Part shown: piece by piece, positions 44,613-58,752 of the stretch | Numbering within the stretch: position 1 is the first letter of the stretch | How the letters are laid out: every line of letters begins with the position of its first letter | Source of the DNA: Octopus vulgaris | Taxonomy: Eukaryota | Direction: 5' to 3' | Assembly: GCA_951406725.2 (NCBI GenBank) | Contig: OX597816.1 | Location: forward strand, 152,768,001-152,832,000 | Length of the DNA: 64,000 nucleotides | The notes under the pieces: generated by a model | What the model saw: the letters and a program-made list of their open reading frames with translations, nothing else | Told to the model about the DNA's origin: nothing | Database searches by the model: none | Program-made: the position numbers and the translations under genes

Positions 44613-45160
44613 TGAACACGCATAAATATTAAGGGTTTCTACGCAACAATCAACTCCAAACAAGTCTCACAACACTTTAAATTTGCTGAAATTTTGAAAG
44701 AGTTGGTACTGAACATATTTCCTGTTTCTCTATCGTAATGCAAAAGCAAGGCCCTATTTTCTAGAAGAGATTAATGAAAGAGATTTCCAGTACAATTTAA
44801 TTAAACCCTTGAGATAAGAGTATTCATCAATAAAACTAGCTAGAACTTTGGTTCCATTAACAAAAGTATACTCACACATGCGTATGCATACTCTCGAGGA
44901 TGTATATCTGTAATACTAAAAGGGAGGGGATAATTTCTGACAGTATTACGCTGATTCAACTTAAGATTTGCGTTAAGTATGCGCATGTCTGTAGAAAGCT
45001 CAGTCACACGTTCATTCAAGAACAGGTAGTTCAAAAGGTTATCAACTGAATCCTCATCGTCATATGACGCCGATCCCTCACCACACATAATATACGCATA
45101 AATATGTCAATACACACACACACACATATACAAACACACACACACATACACACACATACA

Positions 45161-45217
<57 letters not shown>

Positions 45218-45218
<1 letters not shown>

Positions 45219-45300
45219 GTTCATCCAAACAAGAGACCACAAAAAACACAACAACGCGAGGACGTGGAACAAATATAGTATTATTGGACGCTCAGGAAAG

Positions 45301-45302
<2 letters not shown>
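45218..45302 (-). mobile_element. Tail-only fragment of the same PLE-like family
   Basis: Reverse complement reads ttcctgagcgtccaataatacta..., resembling the tail of the 6.9/46.2-kb copies; lies between (CA)n and (TA)n. Confidence 0.4.
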
Positions 45303-45379
<77 letters not shown>

Positions 45380-45437
45380 CACACATATACATCCATAAGC
45401 GTGCATATATGTGTGTGATTATATATATAAATATATG

Positions 45438-45485
<48 letters not shown>

Positions 45486-45950
45486 GTATATATATACACA
45501 CACATATACATCCATATGCGTGTATATATATGTGTGTGTGAATATATATATATAAAACCATTTGGATTTGACAGTTGGAAAAAAGCGTTCTCAGTCCGAC
45601 AGTAGAGATTAATAATATATTTCATTTTCGCCGAATCCGTCTCTTACTTCTCTGAATTTCATCTGTGGGTACATGCATACATTTACACATTCATACATAC
45701 ATGTTAGGAAATGCGTTAATGCACTTGATTTGAAATTCTTTTCATTATTTTCATACGGGCAACGTCTGGGTTTTATTCACATCATAAAATCTAGGATGGG
45801 AAATTGGTAGACTATACACATACATAAACACATCTGTAGATGTGCCTTCTAAGTTTGTGTATATATGTCTCCGTATGTAGGTATACATAGATACATACAT
45901 ACCTACATACATACACACACACATACATATACATATATACATAAGTACGT

Positions 45951-45999
<49 letters not shown>

Positions 46000-46122
46000 T
46001 ATATACATGAATACATATGCTTATATCACGTGTTTATGTGTGTGTGTAATTATGCATAAAGAATCCAGACAGTGTCACTGTATATACGCTAAGTATTTTA
46101 ACAAATTGTTTCATACAATTAT

Positions 46123-46333
46123 ATCGCCATGTTGATTCGCTAGCTTCTGCACGCATTTTTTTTCTCTCCTTGTTTCTCTCCGAGTTTCTTTTCTGTGTAT
46201 CTTTCTGTTGAAGAGCGTAGGCTCGAAACGTAAAAGACTTGTTTTATTTATATTCCTGAGCGCCATACTAATACAATTGTTTGTTTGTATTCCACCTGCC
46301 TTCGTCTTTTGTTTATTTTCATAAAGCTTCCCG

Positions 46334-46335
<2 letters not shown>
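46123..46335 (+). mobile_element. Short PLE-like element with variant minimal hammerhead (46200-46237)
   Basis: tcttt CTGTTGA A gagc-gtag-gctc GAAA cg TA aaaga; ends at (TA)n; shares gaagagcgtaggctcgaaacgtaaaagactt and ttcctgagcg..atactaataca with 6891-7080. Confidence 0.55.
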
Positions 46336-46385
<50 letters not shown>

Positions 46386-47132
46386 ATGATTACACACTTA
46401 CACCCACACACAATTACACACATACACACACATACGAACACACACATACGAACACACACATATGTATATATAGATTCATGTATAAGTAGCAAACATTTAT
46501 ACTTAAAAACATTTGTGCTTTCACGCGCCAACATCTACGTTTATTAAATATAAGTGTATGTAAACTGAACTCGACGGAATGGAGTGACGATTTCACGAGA
46601 AGCCGCTAGTTCAAACCGCTGTTGCGTCTGAATTTATATTTGTGTAACACTCCTCTCACCTGCAAATAAGGCTTCTGAAATCAGACATGCTTTGTTCAAT
46701 TGAAGAGGTGTGACACCTTTTTTTTTACTTAATGGCCTGCAAACAACACTGATCTATCAATGACACTGTCAAGCCATGTAGGTGGGTTCACTTGCATATA
46801 TGTATAATATTTGCATTAATACATGCACACAAACGTACACATAGACGCGCACGCACACTCAGAAACATACATGCACACACATTCTAACAATACCTATATC
46901 TTATGTGCACACACACGCACACACACGCACACACACATACACACACACAACACACACACACATACACATGTACAATATAGAAAAAACACACACAACACCT
47001 ATATATATATATATATAATATTGTTTGGCTCAGGTTGTAGGGCCGCCTCCAAAATTAATAGATGTATGAAAACATTCACGCACACACACTCAAACATACG
47101 AATGGTCTCATGCGCTTATACGTACACACATA

Positions 47133-47185
<53 letters not shown>

Positions 47186-47198
47186 TTCTCTTTTACTC

Positions 47199-47400
47199 AT
47201 TTATTTGTTTCAGTCATTTGACTGCGGCCATGCTGGAACACCGCCTTTAGTCGAACAAATCGACCCCAGAATTTATTCTTTGTAAGCCTAGTATTTATTC
47301 TATCGGTCTCTTTTGTCGAACCGCAAATGTTACGGGGACGTAAACACACCAGCATCGATTGTCAAGCGACGGTGGTGGTGGGACAAACATACATACATAC
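47199..47400 (-). mobile_element. SINE family B, 3' half
   Basis: ttgtttcagtcatttgactgcggccatgctgg...ggacaaaca. Confidence 0.8.
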
Positions 47401-47416
47401 ACACAAGGTGCGGTGA

Positions 47417-47498
<82 letters not shown>

Positions 47499-48103
47499 GT
47501 GTGTGTATGCTTGTATATACATGTCCGTGCATATATATTATTATTTGTATGAGTATGTTTATATATTTATATTTACATTTACATACATATCTATGCTTAT
47601 ATACATACATATATACATATATATGGACACATACATGCACACACATACAAACGCATACGCGCACACGCACGCACGAATGTATTCAGTTTATTAATTCAAA
47701 CTGATATGAGAATTTATGTGCAGTTACACCCTGCACATATATTGAATATATATTTGAATATATTTGAATATATTGAACCAAACTAGGCCTTAAAAAAAAG
47801 AAGTTCAGGAGTCGATTTGTTCGACTAACAATCAGTGTTCCAGCATGGCCGCAGTCAAGTGACTGAAACAGGTAAAAGAGTAAACTCACTTTATATTTTG
47901 TATAGTGATAAATATTTTGAATCAATACCTAGTTGGATGCATGAAGTAATTTCAGTGTGCATTCAGCATGATATAAGATGTGATGACTAAGCGAAGTAGT
48001 GAACATGCGTTTCATATTTGTACTTATGCGATGGTATCAGTGTATTTTACTCCCTTTCTGCCTCTATTTCTCACTCTGTGTCCCTAGACATACATACATA
48101 CAT

Positions 48104-48501
48104 AATGATTTGGGACAGAGAAGAGAAACTATGCACAGTTGTGGAAATTAGCTACCCAGCAGATGTTTGCATAAAGCTGAAGATAAGTGAAAAAGAGAAC
48201 ACCTATGCTGAACTATTGAGAAATCTGCAGTTATTCTATCTATATTACAAGTTCAGGTTCATACCTGTAATTATTGGGGTACTGGGATATAAAACACACT
48301 GCCTAAATACCAATCTTGAAAAATTAGGCTTCTCAAAACCAGAAAGGAGAAATCTGATACGAAGATTACAGATCCAAGCCATCACTGGAACTGTAAAAAT
48401 CTGTAAAACTTTCCAGAAGTTTATGATTTAAATATATATGAGCCTGTCTAGCTATGCAACTATATGCATGAGAATACATACAAATAAAACATACAAATCT
48501 G

Positions 48502-48567
<66 letters not shown>

Positions 48568-48569
48568 CA

Positions 48570-48603
<34 letters not shown>

Positions 48604-48722
48604 CATACATACAAAAATACTCCGTTGTTGATGTTGAAATTCCAATTAAGGAGCCTTGGATCTAGCTTAGAAACCGGTTCTTTCTCTATTGGCAAGAAAT
48701 CTTAAAATAAACTGAATAATGA
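48104..48722 (+). mobile_element. 5'-truncated R4/Dong-like non-LTR retrotransposon (RLE domain + 3' UTR)
   Basis: IMIWDREEKLCTVVEISYPAD...EKENTYAELL...IPVIIGVLG matches a restriction-like endonuclease C-terminus; (CATA)n on both sides. Confidence 0.8.
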
Positions 48723-48865
48723 CATACATACATACATACATACATACATACATACATACATACATACATACATACATACATACATACATACATACATACA
48801 TACATACATACATACATACATACATACATACATCATACATACATACATACATACATACATACACA

Positions 48866-50132
48866 CAAGGTGCGGTGAATACATTGTCTAAATTATGCAA
48901 AAATGAAAATAACACTGACATTTCATTTTAACAGATATACTTACGAAAATTACATAAAAATATCTTGAAATACTAAAGAGTAAATTTATTCAATAAAATC
49001 GCTATTGGCTTCAACCGCAGCCTCCAGACGACTTTGGAATCTCCTGCAACTCTTCTGGACGGTCTCCTTGATTAAGTTGATGAATGCTGCCATAATCCTT
49101 GCCTTCAGTTCATCTTTGGTGTTACAAAGAGTTTTGTTGGTCTCTCGCTCAACTGCGTCCCACAAACAATAATCAAGAGGATTGCAGTCTGGGAAGTTAG
49201 GCGGCCATATGTTAGGGGTGATGTGGTTGCAGAAATTGTCTGACAGCCATGACTGGATTCTTCTGCTTGTGTGGCATGGTGCAGAATCCTGTTGCCAGAC
49301 ATAAGTTCTTCCAGCAGCCACCCTCTTGATTCAGGGCAGCACTACCTCCTCCAGGCACTTGATGTAGACCTCCGTGTTGAGCGTGATGCCGCGTGGGAAG
49401 ATGAATGGAGGTGTAACGTCGCCATCACTAGTGATTACTCCAGACACCGTGATGTTGACTGGATATTTGATTTTTATCACTCTCGGTACATGTTTTGGGG
49501 ACACACCATTTGATCCTGGCAGAAATTTTTCTGGTCTGAGAAAAATAAAAGCATATTCGGTTGGAGAGGAAGCTTGAGTTTGCTCGAAAACTTCATAGTG
49601 CTGTCTTTCCTCTCGTCCTTGATGGCTTGGGATAAAAATTTGCCCTTTCTCATCTTGTATGAGGAATACCGAATATCTTCATGTACTACCTGCCTGATAA
49701 GAAACTCACACCCTCCCATATCCTTGGCGATGGACCTGATTGACTTGTAGGCATCGTTGTCAATCATGGCCTGGATCTCATCAACCAATTCAGGAGTTCT
49801 TTTCTCATCAGAACAATCAGTGAGTTTTCCGAGCTGCCGTATCTTGCAATCACCATTAGACTCATCCAACTCTTTCCGCATCCTCCGAACTGCCCTCAGA
49901 TTGACACTCAAACACCCTGAAATGTTCACATTGGAGTTTTCAGCGCAAATGCCAAGCAACACATGTCGTTTCCAAATTTCTGGCAAAGTGAATTGCGTCA
50001 TGGTGGTGTTTTTCTCACAGATGGTGCCCAACTGACCCTACTATAATGAGTTATCGACAAAATCAAATACAAACAATGCGCATGCGCGAAATTAAAGGTA
50101 TAACGTGGTGACAATTTACCCATCGCATCCTG
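48866..50132 (-). mobile_element. Tc1/mariner superfamily DD37D (maT-type) transposon, decayed
   Basis: Degenerate TIRs (caaggtgcggtgaatacattgtc / gacaatttacccatcgcatcctg; 18/25 identity counting the 2-nt flanks); FFSDQKNF, WQQDSAPCH and WPPNFPDCNPLDY with 37 residues between D2 and D3; stops, frameshifts and an internal deletion. Confidence 0.88.
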
Positions 50133-50172
50133 TACATATATACAGACATGCATGTTTACATATATGTAGTAC

Positions 50173-50221
<49 letters not shown>

Positions 50222-50379
50222 AATATGTCTGTCTGTCTGTCTGTGCGCGCGCGTGCTTTTATCGTGATTGAGAAACTTTAAAGAATGCAATTCACGTTAA
50301 AGTGTTGGGCGTTAAAGTCTTGTTGACTTAAACGAGAAAAAGATATACATACATACATAATCTCTATACATTGCAAAAA

Positions 50380-50700
50380 TACCTGTTACCTAAGAGACTC
50401 GCAAAGACCTGGGCAATAATTGTCAGTTACAACTGGGAGTGGAACGATCGTTTCTGATGTTATAAATATTCCAAAGGGAATACTCTAAGGTGATAGACTT
50501 TCTGTAATTCTGTTTATTTTGTGGCATTAAATCCGTTATTTTTTCTGCTACTAAAATTCAATGGTCACAATATGCTAGGGTCTGCAACTGTTAGAGATAC
50601 CAATGTAACCCGTAAACGTTTTGAGGACAACCTGAGGATTTGTGTTGAAAATGTCAACGTTGCCAAAAACATCGAAGTTAATAACATTTTCCACTGACTT
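50380..50700 (+). mobile_element. R4/Dong-like RT fragment
   Basis: DVINIPKGIL*GDRLSVILFIL / ALNPLFFLL ... VTRKRFEDNLRI: decayed QGD and FxDDL motifs. Confidence 0.7.
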
Positions 50701-50779
50701 GGGGTTGGTAGAACGTGGAAAATCAGTACGCCAAACCGAAAACCTATGCATCAACGGTTGTATTACCCCTGCATGAGCA

Positions 50780-51351
50780 TCCTGCCTCAGCCTCGGGTCC
50801 GGGCTTACTTACTACACTAGGTTCACAGCTAAAGGATAATCTCAGGGTATGTCTATTAAATATTTTGTTGAATCTGTTGGTACGGGGGAAGTGTCTATCA
50901 ACTAATCTAAGGAAGATCATACCTACTCTGGTCTTAACGTTTAAAGGGAATGGCTGTTTGAACCACAGGTTGGTCTCTATAGTGAGTTCATTGTGCTTGT
51001 GAAGTCCTTTCTGAGACTAGCGTGTGGCCGTTAGCCCCTCTTCATATTGTCAGCGCATCATTTCTGTAGAGGCCAAAGCTAGATGAAGGAATTTCTTTTT
51101 TAGTATATCTAGGATGAAGAGATCAACTAGGTCACATAAATCCGCACTGTCAAAAGCACCCATTGCCATGTCGAATGAGTTCTCTGGATCAGTGCGTTTG
51201 GTCCAAGCTGACCTCTTACTGAAGAGTAGGATTTTTCTGGTGTGAATAATAACGCGTATGTCCTCGTCGTTGACTTCAGTATGGGCCCTAGTGAAGTTTA
51301 GTGCCTTTAAATGGAACACCCTTGATATAGACAGGTATTATTAAATATCCA
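50780..51351 (-). pseudogene. Penelope-like element reverse transcriptase fragments (internally deleted)
   Basis: FDMAMGAFDSADLCDLVDLFIL resembles the PLE motif [63 protein letters not shown] resembles the PLE WFNPPFS..KIFNRNTVKLSYSC block. Confidence 0.8.
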
Positions 51352-51524
51352 TCATGGCTTAACTTACCAATCGGTTTCGCGTAAAGAATACATTTCGGAT
51401 GATATACCCACTCTACTGACAGATATACACGTGGATCTTTTCCCTGACGTATGGTCCCTTTGACGACTTACGCGTGTATACATACCTACATATATACATA
51501 CATACATACATGCATGCATGCATG

Positions 51525-51642
<118 letters not shown>

Positions 51643-52325
51643 ATGATACACACAACATTTATATACAATATTCAGAGTAGTATGTTTTTGTGCAATAGAC
51701 TCGTAAATATGAATATAAATTTCTAAAGGTGTGTGTATTTAGGACTGAGTGCGCATAATTCAATTAATATGCACACAAATATTTATATACAATCAAACAT
51801 ATATCAACAAAAAAAATTAAGTGCAAATATTTCTCGAGAATATTAAATGCACACACACACACACGTATATACACAATACATGCGAACATATACGTGCATA
51901 ATAAAGTGTGTGTATATACACGCACGTATTTATGATGAAAATCTTTTCATTTACCCACTTTCTATGTATTTACAGTATTTGGTCTCCACCCTTGGTGTAT
52001 CCAAACACTTCAACACACTAGACCAATTTAAACATTAAGCAGCCATTAAAATATAATAGTTTGAAACTCGAGATATCTTTTCAGTTATGTATGCCTGAAT
52101 ATATGTGTGTATACTAGTATGTATGAATAAATGCGTGAATGTATACACACACATACACACACACACATACATACATACATACATACATACATAGATACAT
52201 AGATACATACATACATATATACATACATACACACATACATACACATGTATATATACATGCATACATATATTGACAGATATATATGTACATAAATAGATAA
52301 AGAAAGACAGAAACACGGAGACAGA

Positions 52326-52396
<71 letters not shown>

Positions 52397-52456
52397 ACAT
52401 ACACAAGCATAAATATATACATAATACAAACTTATGTATGTATGTATTTATGTATG

Positions 52457-52490
<34 letters not shown>

Positions 52491-52546
52491 TGTATGTATC
52501 TATCTATCTATCTATCTATCTATCTCTCTCTATATATATATGTATG

Positions 52547-52606
<60 letters not shown>

Positions 52607-53029
52607 TACCTAAATGTATGCGTTTATCTCTGTATATGTATGCATAGTTAAATGCTCATACATAAACGCAGAGTAAATTAAGCAATTTGTCCATACTTCA
52701 TCGGCAAAGAAGAATGAAGGACGAAATGGACACGTCAAACTTAATAACTAATTTCCATAAAACCGTTTTGACCACCGATATTCTGATTCTCTTACCGTAG
52801 AGATTAGTTAAAGGCGGTAAATTTGCTTTAAAATGTAGAATTATCCCTTTACTGTATGAACATTTTCTTCTCACAATAAGTTAAAATTTTGTCATGACTG
52901 ATTTTTAAAAAAAGTCTTTCTTGTTTGAAATATATCAGCTTCTGAAGTCAAACATCCTAACGATTTCCCTCCCGTGGATTCCGATCGAATCATCAATCTT
53001 ATGGTTATTAGCCTGGTAGACGAGAGTGA

Positions 53030-53238
53030 TGGAGGGAAAGAATTGTTAGAGCATCGGGAAAAAACATGCCTTGCGGCGTTACTTCTCACTCTTTATATTC
53101 TAAGATCAAATTCGCCGAATTCAACTTTACCTTTCCACCTTCCAGGTCGACAAAATAACGTACCAGTCACGTTCTGGGGTGATAGGATCGGTTCCTCAAT
53201 CAAACTTACTGGCCTTGTATCTAAATTATAAACCATTA
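53030..53238 (+). mobile_element. SINE family A, decayed
   Basis: gaattgttagagcatcgg...tcaaattcgccga...taccagt...ggccttgt. Confidence 0.55.
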
Positions 53239-54540
53239 TGAGAGCAATGGACGAAGCACCAAAATTAGCGATATTGTGATAATGCTAGAAATTGTTCTTA
53301 CTGAGCCATAATGCTTTATTTCGATATAACTGCTGAGCCGGGTTCAAATTCGACCTCACTAATGCTATAAAAATTTCATAATTTTCAACATGAAAGTTGT
53401 TCCCAGTATGGTGATTCTTAGGTTTTGGCTTTGTCAAATGAACTTATTTGCAATTGAAGATTGACTTCTCACACTCACAGAATTACGTAGGTCCTAATCG
53501 TTCAGTCGACTTCATGAATCAGACCTGACGAAGGGGATAGGGGGCACGCTATAGCAAAAATAACGATGACAACCACAAATTTGCTGGGAAGTGTGGTTAA
53601 CATCGATTCCAATATAAGTTGTCGATCCAAGAAAATTGAGAATTATAATTAAATACAGGAACAACTGTGTTCAGAAAGCAAAGCAGCGATTTTATTCCGA
53701 ATTCGGTAGATTTATATAAGAATCGACAGAGCGGTGGAAATGCATTGAACTACTTAGCTCTAAAATTCCATCCACATTTTTCGCATACGTAATTTATATA
53801 AGACTATATTTCAATGTGTTTGTCATTTTTTCTAAATGGTAAGGTGTGATATGAGGGCAATTAGGCTGTTGTTTCTAATAAGGTTATGCCACGGCTCGGA
53901 TTCAGGGGTTTTTAGTTGATAATATCAACCCTAGTATTTATTGTAGCCGTATACCTTTTTTTATATTTCGATCACTAATGAACTGCTATTAGGGCACAGA
54001 GCGGGAAGGTATAAAACGTGAACAATAACGTATTCACTCACACATACAAACACATATTTTTTCATCTGTAGTTTCAGCTCAGAGCTGCGGCCATGATGAT
54101 GCACCGCCGTTTACAAATATACATGCTTGAATGTATGCATGCATACACATGTCTCTTTTTACATATTCATGTATGTTTATATTTATATGTAAGAGTTTAT
54201 ATTTATAAAAATAAATGTAGTTTTCATATTCGCTCCCCCACTCGCTCTCTCTCTCTCTCTCTCTCTTTCCTTTGCCTGCCTGTGTGTCTGTCTGTCTGTC
54301 TGTCTGAAGAGATAGCTTTAAGCATAAATCGGTCAATCAATCAATCAATCAATCAATCCACCCATCCATCCATCCATCCATCCATCCATCCATCAATCAA
54401 TCAATCAATCAATCAATCATTCAATCAGTCTGTGTGTCTATCTATCTATCTATCGATCAATCGATATAGGCTATAAAGTTATATACATATATAGTTACAT
54501 GTATATATATATGTGTGTGTGTGTATGTATGTATGTGTGA

Positions 54541-54581
<41 letters not shown>

Positions 54582-54627
54582 TATATACCTATATATATAT
54601 ATGTACATGTGTGTATCTGTCTATCTA

Positions 54628-54683
<56 letters not shown>

Positions 54684-54742
54684 CCCATCTATCTATGAAT
54701 TTATGTATATATTATGTATGTATGTGTTTGTGCATGATCATT

Positions 54743-54799
<57 letters not shown>

Positions 54800-55198
54800 G
54801 GGAATGAGTGGGAGAGAAGCAGAAAGAGAGACAGAGGGTTAAGTATACTGAGTACATATTTGACATCTTTATACAAAGGTTTGAGTCATAATTCTGGGTA
54901 GCTTACGTAGTCTGATTTACACGCTACAATGGTCTCAAACGGTGTGAATGCCAGACAGCCTGTCAGGTGAAGCTAATAATCTGACGAGTGGTGAAGGAAG
55001 AAATCTACTGCTAAATAGACCGTAGGAAAGTTCGGGAGAAATACACAGTATATATCCATATATATATATATATATATATGTTGGAACATTGTTGAATATT
55101 CATATAACCTACATAGACTTTGACACATACAAACCTACATATATAAATGAAGATATCTGTGTTGGTCTGATACTGTTCATATACCCACGTGGATACAT

Positions 55199-55310
<112 letters not shown>

Positions 55311-55556
55311 TATATGTATATATAATATTATATTATAAACAATATTGGAAACTAAAAAAGTACAATAATTCGTCCTCTTCTCTGTCTTTCTTTCTCTCTC
55401 TCTCTCTCTCTGTATATATGTATGTATGAATGTATGTATGTAAGCATGTATGTATGTATGTATGCATGTATGTATGTATGTATGTATGTATGTTTGTATG
55501 TATGTATGTATGTATGTATATATGTATCTATCTATCTATCTATCTATCTATATATG

Positions 55557-55587
<31 letters not shown>

Positions 55588-55767
55588 ACATATATATATA
55601 TATATCTATATACATATATGTTATAAATCTATATATATAAATACATAGTTTATCTTTTGCTTGTTTCAGTCATTAGACTGTGGCCATGCTAGGGCACCGT
55701 CACCCCAACCCCTATATATATATACATTACAAATGTGTCTGTCTAAACGTGAAATATGTATGTTATA

Positions 55768-55838
<71 letters not shown>

Positions 55839-55844
<6 letters not shown>

Positions 55845-56090
55845 TATATAGAAGGAGCTTCTACAGGACTAGAACTGTTTCATTCAAGAGAAATCTTCAG
55901 GAAGCTAGTTAACAAGAATTGTATTGGCATTTATACATTTAGGCAGGTTTAAAGGGGTGGTGGTGAAGATTTCTCTTGAATGAAACAGTTCTAGTCCTGT
56001 AGAAGCTCCTTCTATATAATAAATTAATTTTACTCTGCTATGTATTGAGTACCTTATTTACTGTGGTTAACCCCGAATCAACCCGGGACC

Positions 56091-56092
<2 letters not shown>
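55839..56092. mobile_element. Non-autonomous Penelope-like insertion with 61-bp inverted repeat, inside (TA)n
   Basis: Perfect arms 55839-55899 and 55964-56024; 64-bp spacer; ~68-bp tail; (TA)n on both sides; the right arm carries the same hammerhead truncated at C3. Confidence 0.68.
55856..55906 (-). ncRNA. Type I hammerhead ribozyme
   Basis: Minus strand reads agcttc CTGAAGA tttc-tctt-gaat GAAA cag-ttctagtc-ctg TA gaagct: 6-bp stem I, weak stem II (first pair U.U), stem III ACAG/CTGT, GUA triplet. Confidence 0.72.
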
Positions 56093-56164
<72 letters not shown>

Positions 56165-56187
56165 CATATACATACAATCATACATAC

Positions 56188-56218
<31 letters not shown>

Positions 56219-56605
56219 CACACACACGCGCACATGCAGGCACGCACACACATACATACATACACACATACTCACACATGAACACCCACAGATACATACC
56301 AATAGCACATATTTATACATAATACAGTATTTCCTCACGAATATATATGTTAGTGCATATATGTGTGTATGAATATTTATATGTGAGTTATAGGTAAGAG
56401 GGCAACAGGTAAGTCACAATGAACTGGCAGTACAATTTACTGTATTTATTACCTGTATAAAAACACAATTTTTCAGTAACCTGCCCTTTCCCAAATATAA
56501 GTAGGAGACGGGTGCTTTGGTTATCTATTTCAACAAACGGAATCAGTAAAAGAATGCAGACGTATATAGATATTTAAACACACGCACACGCACACACACG
56601 CACAC

Positions 56606-56662
<57 letters not shown>

Positions 56663-56967
56663 TTCGTGAAATGGTGAAAGGGAGCAGTCTAAGGTAATTT
56701 GTGAATGATGAAATACTAATACTAGTAGGAACATCCCTAGAAGAGGCGGCAAACTTCGAATTGAAAGACCCACGTTTTTGTGGTCTACATTGGTTGACAA
56801 AGACTAGGGGATGTAGACTATAATTTAGAAATCTACAGTTGTCATTTTGATCTTCACTTGTCCCTGGTAGATGATATTTAGAGACTGGAATTCCTGTTCT
56901 AGAGCTTGTCATATAATCTCTACAAAGTAGAGGCAGTTTACAAACACTGCGGTTCGTTGTTTCATAC

Positions 56968-57040
<73 letters not shown>

Positions 57041-57564
57041 CCATATCTTACAGAAACAATCTGTTAGCGGAACAGTAAAATTATGCGAGACATTTTTCAT
57101 GTTCAAAATATAGCATTGTTTTTATCTACATTCCTACTACAGAGATTTCTATCATTGATAGAAATCAGCTACTTCTTTCCAGGAAGATTTCAAATAATTA
57201 ATATACAGACTAGAATACATACACACACATACATACATACATACATACATACATACATACATACATACATACATACATACATACATACATGTGCCGGGCA
57301 AAAGCATGCGTATTCACCTTTCCCCACTGTCCTACACTGATTTTCGTTTAGAGCTACGGTAAGCTTATATGTATATGAAGAATATCAAGGTGCTTCGAAT
57401 GCTAATTCAAATAAATAGTTTGTTCACTTGGTCGAACAAATGTACATCGAAATTAGTGGCTCCATGGATTTTGAACTATGTTAAATCATATTGAATTACC
57501 CTAATTTTGAAGTTCATGAATTCATCTCAGGAAAAATGTTTATATATATATATTCTTCATTTAT

Positions 57565-57894
57565 TCTTTTACATGTTTCAGTCGAACAAATGGATCCCAG
57601 GACTTATCCTTTGTAAGCCCAATCCCTTTTGCTGAACCTTTAAGGTACAGGGACGTAAACATACCAACATCGCTTGTCAAGCGATGGTGGGTCGACAGAC
57701 ATGGAGACACACACACACACATGCGACGGCTTTCACAAACATAAACAGGCTTCTTTCAGTTTCCCTCTAGCAAATGCACTCACAAGGCTATGGTTGGCCC
57801 GAGGCTATAGTAGAGGACACTTGCCCAAGGTGCCACGCAGTGGGACTCAACCCGTAACCATGTGGTTAGGAAGCACCACGCAGCCACTCCCGCG

Positions 57895-57896
<2 letters not shown>
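57565..57896 (-). mobile_element. SINE family B
   Basis: cccgaggctatagtagaggacacttgcccaaggtgccacgcagtgggact...cagccactcccgcgcc. Confidence 0.8.
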
Positions 57897-57930
<34 letters not shown>

Positions 57931-57976
57931 TGCGTGCGTGTGTGTGTGTGTAAATATATATGTATCATATATATAA

Positions 57977-58051
<75 letters not shown>

Positions 58052-58252
58052 TTATATATATGTGTGTATGTGTGCTATCGATACTAAATCCATTCTTTTA
58101 AATACAATTATTAGATACTATATCATTATATATAGCAAGTTCTTCATTGCTTACTGCTATTTTAACTTCTCACCTCTTTCTTTTACGTATATAGATCTCT
58201 CTCTATTTTTCTCTCTATATAGATAGCTAGATATATAAACACATACACAAAC

Positions 58253-58286
<34 letters not shown>

Positions 58287-58396
58287 ATACATATATATAT
58301 ATATACACATATATATGCATTTACATATATATATATATACATATATACATATATATATATATGTGTATACATATATACATATTAATATATATGTAA

Positions 58397-58704
58397 GCTG
58401 AGACCCCCTTCGGTCATGGCTGACCATGGGATTGCACCTAGAAAGTTACTCTCCCAGGAACGAGACCGAGAAAGGTTGTTTATGGAAGACCAGCAGTAGT
58501 CTCCCATGCATACCGGCCTCCCCTCTCCAAGCCACCAGTGTTATCCAAGGGAAAGGCAAAGGCTGATACAACTTGGCACCTGTGACGTCGCAAGTAATTT
58601 CTACAGCTGAGTGAACTGGGGCAACGTGAAATAAAGTGTCTTGCTCAAGAACATAACACGCAGCCCGGTCTGGGATTAGAACTCACAACCTCACGATCGT
58701 AAGC
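58397..58704 (-). mobile_element. SINE with family C head and a different 3' part
   Basis: gctgagtgaactggggcaacgtgaaataaagtgtcttgctcaag...actcacaacctcacgatcg. Confidence 0.75.
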
Positions 58705-58747
<43 letters not shown>

Positions 58748-58752
58748 TAAAT

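Noticed and set aside
44054-44623. ORFs with 7-aa repeats (TPGRIVS / LALRAES), or a CRISPR-like array
   Set aside because: Contiguous 21-bp tandem units with no unique spacers, derived from a SINE head; frames are open only because 21 is divisible by 3.
53520-53560. Isolated CTGANGA motifs (also at ~1728, ~6350 and ~7582)
   Set aside because: No correctly placed stem II-GAAA-stem III-UH or closing stem I; expected by chance.
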